A stretch of 64,000 nt of DNA from Treponema sp. (GTDB lineage Bacteria > Spirochaetota > Spirochaetia > Treponematales > Treponemataceae): contig JAKSLY010000008.1 of the NCBI GenBank assembly GCA_024400955.1, forward strand, positions 9,115 through 73,114. The letters are read 5' to 3'. Below the pieces are notes generated by a model that saw only the letters and a program-made list of their open reading frames with translations, was not told the DNA's origin and did not search any database. Each line of letters opens with the position of its first letter. Position 1 is the first letter of the stretch. Shown here piece after piece: positions 9,517-18,783 of this stretch. The translations under genes and the position numbers were made by a program.

Positions 9517-10875
9517 CTATTTTCCGGTAATTTCCGCATTGACCTTGAGCACAACCTTTTCAAAAATGTCCAGGCCGTGATTCAGGTCTTCTTCTGAAAT
9601 GTTGAGGGCACAAAGGCAGCGCATTACCGAGCCAAAGCGGCCTCCCTTTTCCATGACAAGCTTGTTTTCAAAGCATTCGTGCTGAACCTGGGCTGCAATT
9701 TCCCCGCTGAAAGGATATGCACCAAGGCTGTCCTTCTGGCCGCGTGGGTCAACAAATTCGATTCCGCACATGAGTCCCTTGCCGCGAACATCGCCGATGA
9801 TGCTTACCTTTTCCTTGATTGCAAGAACGCGGTTACGGTAAATGTCTCCCTTGCGTGCAACATCTGCAAGGAATTCCGGTGTGGAAACGCGGTTAAGCAC
9901 TACGGTTCCGGCCTTCATGGCAAGCTGGTTTCCGCGGAAGGTTCCTGCATGGGCACCTGGTCCCCACTTGTCCAGTTCCTTGTTGTAGATTACCACTGCG
10001 AGAGGCTGGGTTCCGCCGATGGCCTTTGACACGAGCACAACATCAGGCTCGATGCCGGCATATTCGAATGCAAAGAGTTTTCCTGAGCGTCCCATTCCGC
10101 ACTGGATTTCGTCGCAGATCATTGGGATTCCAAGTTCCTTTGTTACGCGACGGATTGTCTGGAGGAATTTTACAGGGGCTGGGATTACTCCGCCTTCCCC
10201 CTGGATTGGTTCGATGATTACGGCTGCTGGTAAAGGAATGCCGCTTTCCGGATCTTTTAGTGTTTTTTCGAAGAAGTTACAGCATGCATCGATTCCTGCA
10301 TCCCCGCCGAGTCCAAATGGACACCTGTATGAATTTGGGAATGGAAAGAAATGCACTTCTGGCATAAGTCCGTTGATTTTTGATTTTGCGCCAAGATTGC
10401 CTGTGCAGGCCATGGCTCCGTGACCCATTCCGTGATATGCACCCTGGAAGGCTATGATGCTTGTTCTTCCTGTGGCCGTCTTGCAGAGTTTTAATGCTGC
10501 GTCAGTTGCATCGGTTCCGCTTGGTGAACAGAACTGAATCTTTGAGTTCCTGCCCATGTCGCCCGGGAGCTTTGAAAGCAGTGTTTCTACGAATGCGTCC
10601 TTTGTAGGTGTGGTTAAATCAAGGGTGTGAAGTGGTGCGCCGCTTGTGATAAGCTCCACCATTGCCTGATTTACTTCAGGGTCGTTGTGACCAAGTGCAA
10701 GAGTTCCTGCTCCGCACAAAAAATCCAGATACTTGTTTCCTTCTACGTCCTCAACCCACGATCCACTGGCTTTGGCCAATGCAAATGGAAATTTGCGTGG
10801 ATAACTGCGGGCATTAGATTCTGTGGATTCCTGTCTGGTAATGAAATACTGATTGGTGCCCTTATTTTCAAGCAT
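9517..10875 (-). CDS. dat: diaminobutyrate--2-oxoglutarate transaminase (class III aminotransferase)
   Basis: ESNARSYPRKFP, DFLCGAGTLALGHN, EPIQGEGG, DEIQCGMGRSG, SKAIGG and HAGTFRGNQLAM. Confidence 0.9.
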   Translation of the reverse strand: MLENKGTNQYFITRQESTESNARSYPRKFPFALAKASGSWVEDVEGNKYLDFLCGAGTLALGHNDPEVNQAMVELITSGAPLHTLDLTTPTKDAFVETLLSKLPGDMGRNSKIQFCSPSGTDATDAALKLCKTATGRTSIIAFQGAYHGMGHGAMACTGNLGAKSKINGLMPEVHFFPFPNSYRCPFGLGGDAGIDACCNFFEKTLKDPESGIPLPAAVIIEPIQGEGGVIPAPVKFLQTIRRVTKELGIPMICDEIQCGMGRSGKLFAFEYAGIEPDVVLVSKAIGGTQPLAVVIYNKELDKWGPGAHAGTFRGNQLAMKAGTVVLNRVSTPEFLADVARKGDIYRNRVLAIKEKVSIIGDVRGKGLMCGIEFVDPRGQKDSLGAYPFSGEIAAQVQHECFENKLVMEKGGRFGSVMRCLCALNISEEDLNHGLDIFEKVVLKVNAEITGK

Positions 10876-10913
10876 CGACTTTCTCCATTACTGAAATGAA
10901 AACCCTGGGCTTT

Positions 10914-10973
10914 TTACGGCTCCTGGCCTTCATCCTTAACTCGGGTATGTCCAACTACTGTCGACGGCAGCAT
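10914..10973 (-). CDS. putative leader peptide MLPSTVVGHTRVKDEGQEP upstream of dat
   Basis: 20-codon ORF (ATG 10973 to TAA 10914) ending 38 nt before the dat ATG. It overlaps one arm of alternative hairpins that could hide the dat RBS. Confidence 0.5.
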   Translation of the reverse strand: MLPSTVVGHTRVKDEGQEP

Positions 10974-11230
10974 TTTAATGTTGTCCACACAAGTTACTAT
11001 ATTGCAGGGGTTGTAACAAGTGGAATATGGAAAATTTGTGGCATATTGCGCAAAAAATCACCTGCGGCCCTGAATCCGTCACCAAGGGGTCTCAGATGGG
11101 TATTTTTGCATGATTTTAGGGGGAATTTCTGCATATAGTTGTTGCATGGAGGTTTTGCTGCATTGGCTGGGCTGGCGGTCGTGTTTCGGCGGTTTGGTTC
11201 CGGTTGTCTGGCGGGTGCGAGGAGGTTTTT

Positions 11231-12340
11231 ATGGAGGATGTTCTTGAGTGGGTTACCTGGCGGATGGTGGTCATGTATGCCGTGGGACTGGTGCTGATTT
11301 TTCTTGCCATCAGGAAGAAGTATGAACCGGCCCTGCTTTTGCCCATGGGGTTTGGGGCAATTCTCGTAAATCTTCCCCAGGCGGGCCTTGTGGGGGCATG
11401 CTGCGCTCAGGGTGTTCTTCACTGGCTTTTTGACGTGGGGATAGATTCCCAGGAGGTGATGCCGATCCTGCTTTTCATCGGAATCGGTGCCATGATGGAC
11501 TTTACGCCGCTTTTGAGGAAGCCGGGGCTTTTTTTGTGCGGTCTTTTTTCCCAGGGGGGAATCTTCCTTGCCGCCATGATTGCGTGTCTTGCAGGCTTTT
11601 CCAGGGCGGAATCCCTTGCCATAGGAATAATCGGGGCGGCTGACGGTCCAACTGCGATTTTTGTCGCCAAGCACCTTAATTCAAGCTTTTCCGGCCAGAT
11701 TGCCCTGGCTTCCTATTCCTACATTGCCCTTGTTCCCCTGATTCTGCCGGTGGTGGCCCGCTTTCTTGTGACCCGGAAGGAACGCCTCATAAGGGCGGAG
11801 TCTGATTGGGGACAGAAGGAGCTGCCAAGAATCGTAAGGATTGCATTTCCCATTGCAGTGACCCTTCTAAGCGGTTTTATTGCTCCCCGTTCTGCGGAAC
11901 TTGTGGGGTTCCTCATGTTTGGCAACCTGGTCAGGGAATGCGGCGTCCTTGACACCATGGCGGAAACTGCCCGGACCACCCTCTGCAACCTCATAACCCT
12001 TCTGCTTGGCATAAGCATTTCCTTTACCATGCAGGCGGAATCCTTCGTTCAGCCTGAGACCCTGCTGATTCTGGCCATAGGACTTGCAGCCTTTATCCTG
12101 GACAACATCTGCGGAGTTCTCTTTGTAAAGGTCTGGAACCTCTTCAGGAAGAACAGGATAAATCCCCTGGCAGGCCTTGCAGGAATTTCTGCATTCCCCA
12201 TTGCGGCCCATGTAACCCAGAACATTGCCCATGATGCCGACAGTTCCAACATAATCCTTATGGATACGGCTGCGGCAAATGTTTCCGGGCAGTTATGTTC
12301 AGCAATAATAGGGGGAATTTTCATGGGATTTGTCTGTTAG
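11231..12340 (+). CDS. sodium ion-translocating decarboxylase beta subunit (OadB/GcdB family)
   Basis: YEPALLLPMGFGAILVNLP, FIGIGAMMDF, GIIGAADGPTAIF and MFGNLVRECGV; highly hydrophobic; GGAGG before ATG 11231. Confidence 0.9.
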   Translation: MEDVLEWVTWRMVVMYAVGLVLIFLAIRKKYEPALLLPMGFGAILVNLPQAGLVGACCAQGVLHWLFDVGIDSQEVMPILLFIGIGAMMDFTPLLRKPGLFLCGLFSQGGIFLAAMIACLAGFSRAESLAIGIIGAADGPTAIFVAKHLNSSFSGQIALASYSYIALVPLILPVVARFLVTRKERLIRAESDWGQKELPRIVRIAFPIAVTLLSGFIAPRSAELVGFLMFGNLVRECGVLDTMAETARTTLCNLITLLLGISISFTMQAESFVQPETLLILAIGLAAFILDNICGVLFVKVWNLFRKNRINPLAGLAGISAFPIAAHVTQNIAHDADSSNIILMDTAAANVSGQLCSAIIGGIFMGFVC

Positions 12341-12418
12341 GCAGTCAGGCTGGGCAATTGTAAAAATCGGGAGTGATAGATGGAAAAAAACGCATTTTTA
12401 TAATATAATTTAGGGTGT

Positions 12419-14632
12419 ATGAGAAGGCTTAAGGCATTTATCCTGTTATTTACCATTGCCGGCATAATTTTACCTGTTCTTTTTACGCTTAACGAGCTGG
12501 GCTATCTTTCTTCCATTCCAAAGGTTGAAATTAAAAATAAGGTTACTGATGAAAACGCACCTGTCATGAGGATTGTGGCAGACTACGATTTTTCCCCATA
12601 TTCATTTCTTGATGCCAGCCAGAATCCTACGGGACTTGATGTTGAACTTGCCAATGAGATTGCAAACCGCCTTGGCATGAGGACTGAATTCACCTTTGCA
12701 GACTGGACCACCTGCCGCAAGATGCTTCAGGAAGGAAAGGCTGACGTAATCCTTGGCCTTGAAATTTTTTCCCACATGAAGGGCGTTCTTAAGTCAATTC
12801 CTGCTGCGGAAGACGACCTGATGGTTTACGGCAAGACCCGCATCTATGACGTTGGAGCCCTTCGCGGAAAGAAGGTTGCACTTATGGCCGGATCCATCAT
12901 CGAAAGGATCTTTGACCTCAATTGTGAATATGTCTTCTATTATACTAACCTGGAAATACTCAAGGCTGTTGATTCCGGTGAGGTTGATTTTGGAATCTGC
13001 CACGGTGCAGTTGCCGACAAGATCATAAGGAACGAGAAGCTTGGCATAAAGAGTGAGCTTGTCCTCATGAAGAGCTTTCCTGCCGTTGCCGTACGTGAAG
13101 ACCTTCCGGAACTTCGTGACAGGATCAATTCCATTATTGTTGACATGGGTAAGGATGGAATCATCAGGCACCTCAAGGAAAAATGGATTGTAAAATTCAC
13201 CCATGAGGATTCCATAAAGGGTGTTGTTGTTTCTAACCCAAGGTTCTTCATCCTTTATTTTTCCGGCTTTATCTTTGCCCTGGTTGGACTTCTTTTTTCA
13301 CTCATGCATTTGCTCCACAGGGAAACGGAATATAACACTGCCCTTGCCTACCAGAAGGATCTTGAAAAACAGTACAAGCTTTTGGCTTCCATTTCTGAAA
13401 TCTACATGACCATGCATCTTCTTGACATTGAAAACGACATCATAACGGAATTCAGTTCTACGGAAAGCGTAAAGAAATACGTTAACCACACTTCCGGTGC
13501 CGTCAACCAGATGCGGGATGTCATGATGAACACCGTAATTCCCCAGGATGTGGAAGCGGCTCTTGCCTTTACGGACCTTACTACAATTTCAGAGCGTCTT
13601 GGTTCCAAGAAGACCATCATCGATGAGTTCCGCGGAAAGCACAGGGGATGGTTCTCCGCACAGTTTATCGTTGTTGACCGTGATGAATCCGGAAAGATTA
13701 CAAGGCTTGTGTTTACAACCCAGAACATTGACGAAATGAAGAAGGAACAGGAAAAGCTTATTGCCCTGTCTTCCGTGGACCAGCTTACCCAGCTTAAGAA
13801 CCGCCATGCCTACGAAATGAAGATTGATGAGCTTATGCAAAAGCATGTTGAAAAGGTTACCGTCGTGATTCTTGACGTAAACAGCCTTAAGCATGCCAAC
13901 GATACGATCGGTCATGTTGCAGGTGACGAGCTTATCTGTGGTGCAGCTGATTGCATCCGTTCATCCTTTGACAATGTGGGCAGCTGTTACAGGACTGGTG
14001 GTGATGAGTTTGCAGTCATAATTGAAAACGATTTCCAGCAGAGGGATGAATACATAAAGAAGTTTCATGAGGCCGTTGCCGCCTGGAAGGGTAACCTTAT
14101 TGATTCCATGTCCGTTTCCCTTGGGGTTGCCTCTTCTTCTGAAGTTGCGGGATTTGCCATTGAGGATTTTGAGGAGCTTGTTGACATTGCCGACAAGCGA
14201 ATGTATTCGGACAAGGCCATTTATTATAAGGGAAAGGGAATTGACCGCCGCGGACTGGATGATGCCTTCTCTGCAATCTGCGAGTCCTACACTAAGGTTC
14301 TCAAGGTTAATCTTACAAGCGACAGCTTCTACATCATAAAGACTGACGAAGGGGAACAGATTGTTTCCAGGGGATTTTCGGAGAAGATTTCCGAATGGCT
14401 CAGGGGATTTGCCCAAACCGGTCATGTCCATAAGGACGACATGAAGGAATACCTTGAAAAGACCACCCTTGAATATTTGCGCCAGTATTTTGCCGGCGGA
14501 AGAAAGAATTTTGTAATCAACTACAGGCGCCTTATTGACGGCGAGTTCTTCCCGGTAAAGATGGAGATGATCAAGACCAAGGAATACACCGATTCCTTCC
14601 AGACGGTTTTCCTTTACGTTCAGAAGACTTGA
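12419..14632 (+). CDS. membrane-anchored diguanylate cyclase with periplasmic amino-acid-binding (SBP family 3) sensor
   Basis: N-terminal TM, DFSPYSF...GLDVEL SBP signature, second TM, DQLTQLKNR, NDTIGHVAGD and RTGGDEF. Confidence 0.85.
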   Translation: MRRLKAFILLFTIAGIILPVLFTLNELGYLSSIPKVEIKNKVTDENAPVMRIVADYDFSPYSFLDASQNPTGLDVELANEIANRLGMRTEFTFADWTTCRKMLQEGKADVILGLEIFSHMKGVLKSIPAAEDDLMVYGKTRIYDVGALRGKKVALMAGSIIERIFDLNCEYVFYYTNLEILKAVDSGEVDFGICHGAVADKIIRNEKLGIKSELVLMKSFPAVAVREDLPELRDRINSIIVDMGKDGIIRHLKEKWIVKFTHEDSIKGVVVSNPRFFILYFSGFIFALVGLLFSLMHLLHRETEYNTALAYQKDLEKQYKLLASISEIYMTMHLLDIENDIITEFSSTESVKKYVNHTSGAVNQMRDVMMNTVIPQDVEAALAFTDLTTISERLGSKKTIIDEFRGKHRGWFSAQFIVVDRDESGKITRLVFTTQNIDEMKKEQEKLIALSSVDQLTQLKNRHAYEMKIDELMQKHVEKVTVVILDVNSLKHANDTIGHVAGDELICGAADCIRSSFDNVGSCYRTGGDEFAVIIENDFQQRDEYIKKFHEAVAAWKGNLIDSMSVSLGVASSSEVAGFAIEDFEELVDIADKRMYSDKAIYYKGKGIDRRGLDDAFSAICESYTKVLKVNLTSDSFYIIKTDEGEQIVSRGFSEKISEWLRGFAQTGHVHKDDMKEYLEKTTLEYLRQYFAGGRKNFVINYRRLIDGEFFPVKMEMIKTKEYTDSFQTVFLYVQKT

Positions 14633-14706
14633 TTTTGCGGGGCAGTGGCTGGGCAGGGAATTTTGCTGCATGGTTTAAGCGGCATGTTCTCTGCCCCTAA
14701 TTTTTT

Positions 14707-15387
14707 TTAAATGCCTTCCCTTTCTGCCTCGGACTTTTCCCTTTCGATCCTGTAGCTTTCAACCAGCTGGTCACGGGTGACGTTTCCGTTGCGTTCCCTG
14801 GCGGCCTTAAGCTTTCTGTAGATCGTGTTTTCGCTGAATCCTTCAACTTCCTTCTGGTAGATTTTTCCGTTGCATAGCTGGTCTAGTATTTTTCTTTCGT
14901 CTTCATAGAGAACAAGCTTCTTCCGCTTGAATTTGTCCTGCAGGACGTATTCGATGAGACCGATGTACCACAGGCTTCTTGCTATGTGGATGAAGTAGTT
15001 GGAAATGTCCTTTTCCACAAGGAGGAATGCAATGGAAATTGCGGTAAAGTAAAATATGATGGCAAAGGTACGGATCTTTGGCTGGAGCATGATGATTACG
15101 CAGACTATGAAAAGGGCCGTGTAATTGTTGTACAGGTAGGTTCGTTCCGTGGCCATGGAAAAGATCAGGATTCCGGAGTAGGCCAGGTAGAAGTAGGGGA
15201 ATCCTTTTTTTGAAAAGATAAGGGCAAAGGGAATGTAGAGAAAGTTGGCGGCTATGATGACGCATCCGAAGGGTGGAAATCCGTTCTTGAAACCCTTTAT
15301 CAGGTAAAGGACTCCGAGGACAAGGGATACAAGCATTGTGTACAGGATGAATCTGTCTTTCAGTATTCTACTTTTTTTCATTTTCAT
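14707..15387 (-). CDS. multi-pass membrane protein with C-terminal HTH-like segment
   Basis: About six hydrophobic segments followed by LYEDERKILDQL...QKEVEGFSENTIYRKLKAARER. Confidence 0.6.
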   Translation of the reverse strand: MKMKKSRILKDRFILYTMLVSLVLGVLYLIKGFKNGFPPFGCVIIAANFLYIPFALIFSKKGFPYFYLAYSGILIFSMATERTYLYNNYTALFIVCVIIMLQPKIRTFAIIFYFTAISIAFLLVEKDISNYFIHIARSLWYIGLIEYVLQDKFKRKKLVLYEDERKILDQLCNGKIYQKEVEGFSENTIYRKLKAARERNGNVTRDQLVESYRIEREKSEAEREGI

Positions 15388-15428
15388 AAAACTCTCCTAT
15401 GAAAGCCGTGCGAAGTAAATGGCCTCGT

Positions 15429-16400
15429 TCAGCAGCTTAATTTTACGTTTTCCAGGGTTACCTCTGCAATGGCTTCAAGGGCATTTTCCGTCAGGAATCC
15501 CTGGTGGCTTGTAATCAGCACGTTGGGGAATGTGAGGAGCCTGGCCAGTATGTCGTCGGTTATGATCTGGTCGGACCAGTCGCTAAAGAAGTATTTGCTT
15601 TCTTCTTCATAGACATCCAGGGCTGCTCCCCCTATGCGTTTTTTCTTGAGTGCGTTTACAAGGGCTTCCGTGTCTATGAGAGCTCCTCGGCCCGTGTTTA
15701 TGAGCACCACGTCCTTTTTCATCAGGCCAATGGAACTGTCGTTTATTATGTGGAATGTCTCATCGTTGAGGGGACAGTGCAGGCTGATGACGTCGGATTT
15801 TTCAAGGAGGTTTCTGAATTCAACGTATTCGAATTCCTTTTCTTTCGCCCAGGTCTTGTCCGGCATTGGGTCAAAGAGAAGCACCTGCATGCCGAATCCC
15901 CTTAAAAGCTCTGCCATGACCTTTCCGATTTTTCCCGTTCCAAGGATTCCCGCAGTCAGGCCGTTCAGGTCCCGGCCCACAAGACCTTCAAGGGTAAAGT
16001 TTCCGGTTTTTGTCCTGATGTATGCCTGGGGCAGATGGCGCGTAAGGGAAAGGAGCAATGCCACCGCATGTTCTGCAATGGCATGTGGTGAATAGGCCGG
16101 TACCCGGACCACGCTTATGCCCTTGGCCTTGCATGCATTCAGGTCAACGTTGTTGAATCCGGCGCACCTTAGGGCGATTGTTTTTACCTGGTTCTGGCTC
16201 AGGATGGCAACAACGTCTTCATCGGCCAAGTCGTTTACGAAAATGCAGACTGCATCGTATCCTCTTGAAGTTGGTGCGGTCTTGCTGTTCAGCTTGAAAT
16301 CAAAGTAGTCGATCTTAAAACCGTATCTGCTGTTGATCCTGTCAAAAATTTTCCTTTCGTAGGAATGACTGTCGTAAAAGGCGATTCTTGTCTCTTTCAT
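15429..16400 (-). CDS. ldhA: D-lactate / D-2-hydroxyacid dehydrogenase
   Basis: ALRCAGFNNVD, RVPAYSPHAIAEH, GTGKIG, SLHCPL, NTGRG, LDVYEEE and TSHQGF. Confidence 0.88.
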   Translation of the reverse strand: MKETRIAFYDSHSYERKIFDRINSRYGFKIDYFDFKLNSKTAPTSRGYDAVCIFVNDLADEDVVAILSQNQVKTIALRCAGFNNVDLNACKAKGISVVRVPAYSPHAIAEHAVALLLSLTRHLPQAYIRTKTGNFTLEGLVGRDLNGLTAGILGTGKIGKVMAELLRGFGMQVLLFDPMPDKTWAKEKEFEYVEFRNLLEKSDVISLHCPLNDETFHIINDSSIGLMKKDVVLINTGRGALIDTEALVNALKKKRIGGAALDVYEEESKYFFSDWSDQIITDDILARLLTFPNVLITSHQGFLTENALEAIAEVTLENVKLSC

Positions 16401-16610
16401 GGCGACCTCCATGATAAGGATAAACCTTTGGACCGATTATGCAAAATCAAATCGGCCATAACCGGTCACCAATCAATCACCATTTTAAATGTGCGGCAGC
16501 ATGTATGGAGAAAGGCGCCGGTTGCGGAGCTGAGTTGTGGAGCTGGGTTGCCTGCGGGCTTTCGATTTTATGAAACTGCCAGACTATTTATCCTATAAAA
16601 AAAGTAGGAT

Positions 16611-16642
16611 TATAGACAAGACCTATAGTTTTTTTCTATAAT
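16611..16642 (+). promoter_or_regulatory. sigma70-like promoter overlapped by two TATAG-N7-CTATA LysR boxes
   Basis: TAGACA (16613-18), 18-nt spacer, TATAAT (16637-42), 6 nt before ATG 16649. Palindromes at 16611-16627 and 16624-16640. Confidence 0.65.
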
Positions 16643-16648
16643 GGAATC

Positions 16649-17581
16649 ATGACCTTACAGCAGCTAAAATACATCATAGGTGTTTCTGAAATCGGTTCCC
16701 TGAACAAGGCTTCGGAAAAACTCTATGTTTCCCAGCCGTCCCTCACTGCTTCCATAAAGGAAGTTGAAAGTGAGTTCAACGTTCAGCTTTTTAACCGTTC
16801 AAGCCGCGGAATAAGCCTTACCAATGAAGGCAAGGAATTTGTTCAGCATGCAAGGCAGATTTACGCCCAATACGAAAGCCTTCTCGACGACTTTGATCCA
16901 TCAAGGAAAAGGCGCAAGAAGTTTGCCGTAAGCTGCCAGCATTATTCCTTTTGCGTAAAGTCATTCATCAACCTGATGAACAAGATGAAGGCAGAGGATT
17001 CCTTTAACCAGTATGAATTTGCAATCAACGAAACTAGGACTCTGACTGTCATTGAAGACGTTGCAAACATGAGGAGCGAGATCGGAATCATAAACCTCAA
17101 CGACTTTAACAGGAACTACATCATAAAGGTCTTGAATTCAAACGAGCTGGAATTTACTCCACTGGTTTCCTGCAATGTTTACGTGTACCTTTGGAAAAAG
17201 CATCCCCTGGCAAAAAAGGAATTCATCACCTTTGATGAACTTAATGGCTATCCGTGCCTTATGTTTGACCAGAATGCCAACAGTCCCCTGTATTTTACGG
17301 AAGAGATTTACGCAAACCGGGAATATTCAAAGGTAATCAAGACAACTGACAGGGCAACCAACCTGAACCTGATGGTCGGGGTCAATGCCTACTGTCTTTG
17401 TTCCGGAATCATAAGCAACGAGCTTAACGGCGGCGAATTTGTTGCAATTCCATTTAAGGATGAAGAAAATTCCGACAGCGCCATGGAGATTGGTTACATT
17501 GCAAAAAAGAATGTGGTTATGTCGGAAGCCGGCACCAGGTATCTTGAAGAACTCAAGGATTATCTGAAGGAAACAAAATAA
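16649..17581 (+). CDS. LysR-family regulator (MtaR/CmbR-like)
   Basis: MTLQQLKY...SLNKASEKLYVSQPSLT HTH, FAVSCQHYSF and TDRATNLNL. Confidence 0.9.
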   Translation: MTLQQLKYIIGVSEIGSLNKASEKLYVSQPSLTASIKEVESEFNVQLFNRSSRGISLTNEGKEFVQHARQIYAQYESLLDDFDPSRKRRKKFAVSCQHYSFCVKSFINLMNKMKAEDSFNQYEFAINETRTLTVIEDVANMRSEIGIINLNDFNRNYIIKVLNSNELEFTPLVSCNVYVYLWKKHPLAKKEFITFDELNGYPCLMFDQNANSPLYFTEEIYANREYSKVIKTTDRATNLNLMVGVNAYCLCSGIISNELNGGEFVAIPFKDEENSDSAMEIGYIAKKNVVMSEAGTRYLEELKDYLKETK

Positions 17582-17598
17582 GGGATAAGGTGAATTAA

Positions 17599-18783
17599 AT
17601 GACATATACAGCACAGGAACTTCCAAAGGCGGGAGATACGGTACTTGTGGGAATGAGCGGCGGAGTTGATTCCACACTTACAGCCCTCATGCTCAAGGAA
17701 AAGGGATGCCGGGTAATCGGCGTGACCATGAGCCTTTGGGACGGAACCGTAATAGAAAAGAACAAGAATTCCAATAAGGAAAAAATGAAGGAAGCATGCT
17801 ACGGCCCTGGGGAAGAAGAGAACATCGAGGAATGCGAAAGGTTCTGCAGGGAACACGGCATTGAATACCATGTTGTTGATGTAAAGGCTGAATACAAGGC
17901 AAAGGTTCTTGAATACTTCAAGGCTGAATACAGAAGCGGCAGAACTCCAAATCCATGCATCATGTGCAACCGAAACATTAAGTTTGGCGCCATGCTTGAA
18001 GCCGTGGAAAAACTTGGGATAAAGTACGATTACTTCTGCACAGGCCACTACGCAAAAATTGTCCGCCCGGACTCTGGAATTTTTGGAACGGAAGAAAGGC
18101 CTTACATGATCAGCGGTGCAACTGACGTCACTAAGGACCAGACTTATTTCCTTTACCGAATTCCGTCGGAAATCCTTGCAAAGGTAAGGTTTCCACTTGC
18201 GGAAGTAAAGAAGTCCGAGGTTTTTGAGCTTGCCCATCGTGCAAAACTTGAAGCTGCCAACAGGGAAGAAAGCCAGGACTTTGTAGGTGAAGAATACCGC
18301 GATGCACTTTTTGCAGACAGGGAAAGCATTCCAGGTGACATAATCGACCTGGACGGGCATGTTCTTGGCCGCCACAAGGGAATCGAACACTATACCATCG
18401 GACAGCGCCGCGGCCTTGGAGTTGCATGTGCCTATCCTGTTTACGTTCATTCCATTGACCCGGTAAACAATCTGGTTGTTCTTGCAAAAAACGAGGACCT
18501 TGATTCAAGTGCCCTTGTTGCCGATGATTTTGTATGGCCTGCAGGCATTGAGCCTGGTGAAGAATTTGAAGCCCTGGTAAAGATCCGTCTTGCATCACGT
18601 CCCGTTCCATGCAGGGTGTCTCCCTATGTTCCCGACGAAGATGATGGGACTGAATACAAGGGAAAGCCATGGCTTATAAAATTTGAAACTCCGCAGCGTG
18701 CTGTTGCTCCGGGTCAGAGTGCCGTCCTTTATCTTGACGGCGTTATTGTTGGTGGTGGAATAATTTCCAAGGGGGTAAAATGA
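17599..18783 (+). CDS. mnmA: tRNA-specific 2-thiouridylase MnmA
   Basis: GMSGGVDS, TPNPCIMCN, TGHYA, KDQTYFL, YTIGQRRGL and AVAPGQSAV. Confidence 0.95.
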   Translation: MTYTAQELPKAGDTVLVGMSGGVDSTLTALMLKEKGCRVIGVTMSLWDGTVIEKNKNSNKEKMKEACYGPGEEENIEECERFCREHGIEYHVVDVKAEYKAKVLEYFKAEYRSGRTPNPCIMCNRNIKFGAMLEAVEKLGIKYDYFCTGHYAKIVRPDSGIFGTEERPYMISGATDVTKDQTYFLYRIPSEILAKVRFPLAEVKKSEVFELAHRAKLEAANREESQDFVGEEYRDALFADRESIPGDIIDLDGHVLGRHKGIEHYTIGQRRGLGVACAYPVYVHSIDPVNNLVVLAKNEDLDSSALVADDFVWPAGIEPGEEFEALVKIRLASRPVPCRVSPYVPDEDDGTEYKGKPWLIKFETPQRAVAPGQSAVLYLDGVIVGGGIISKGVK

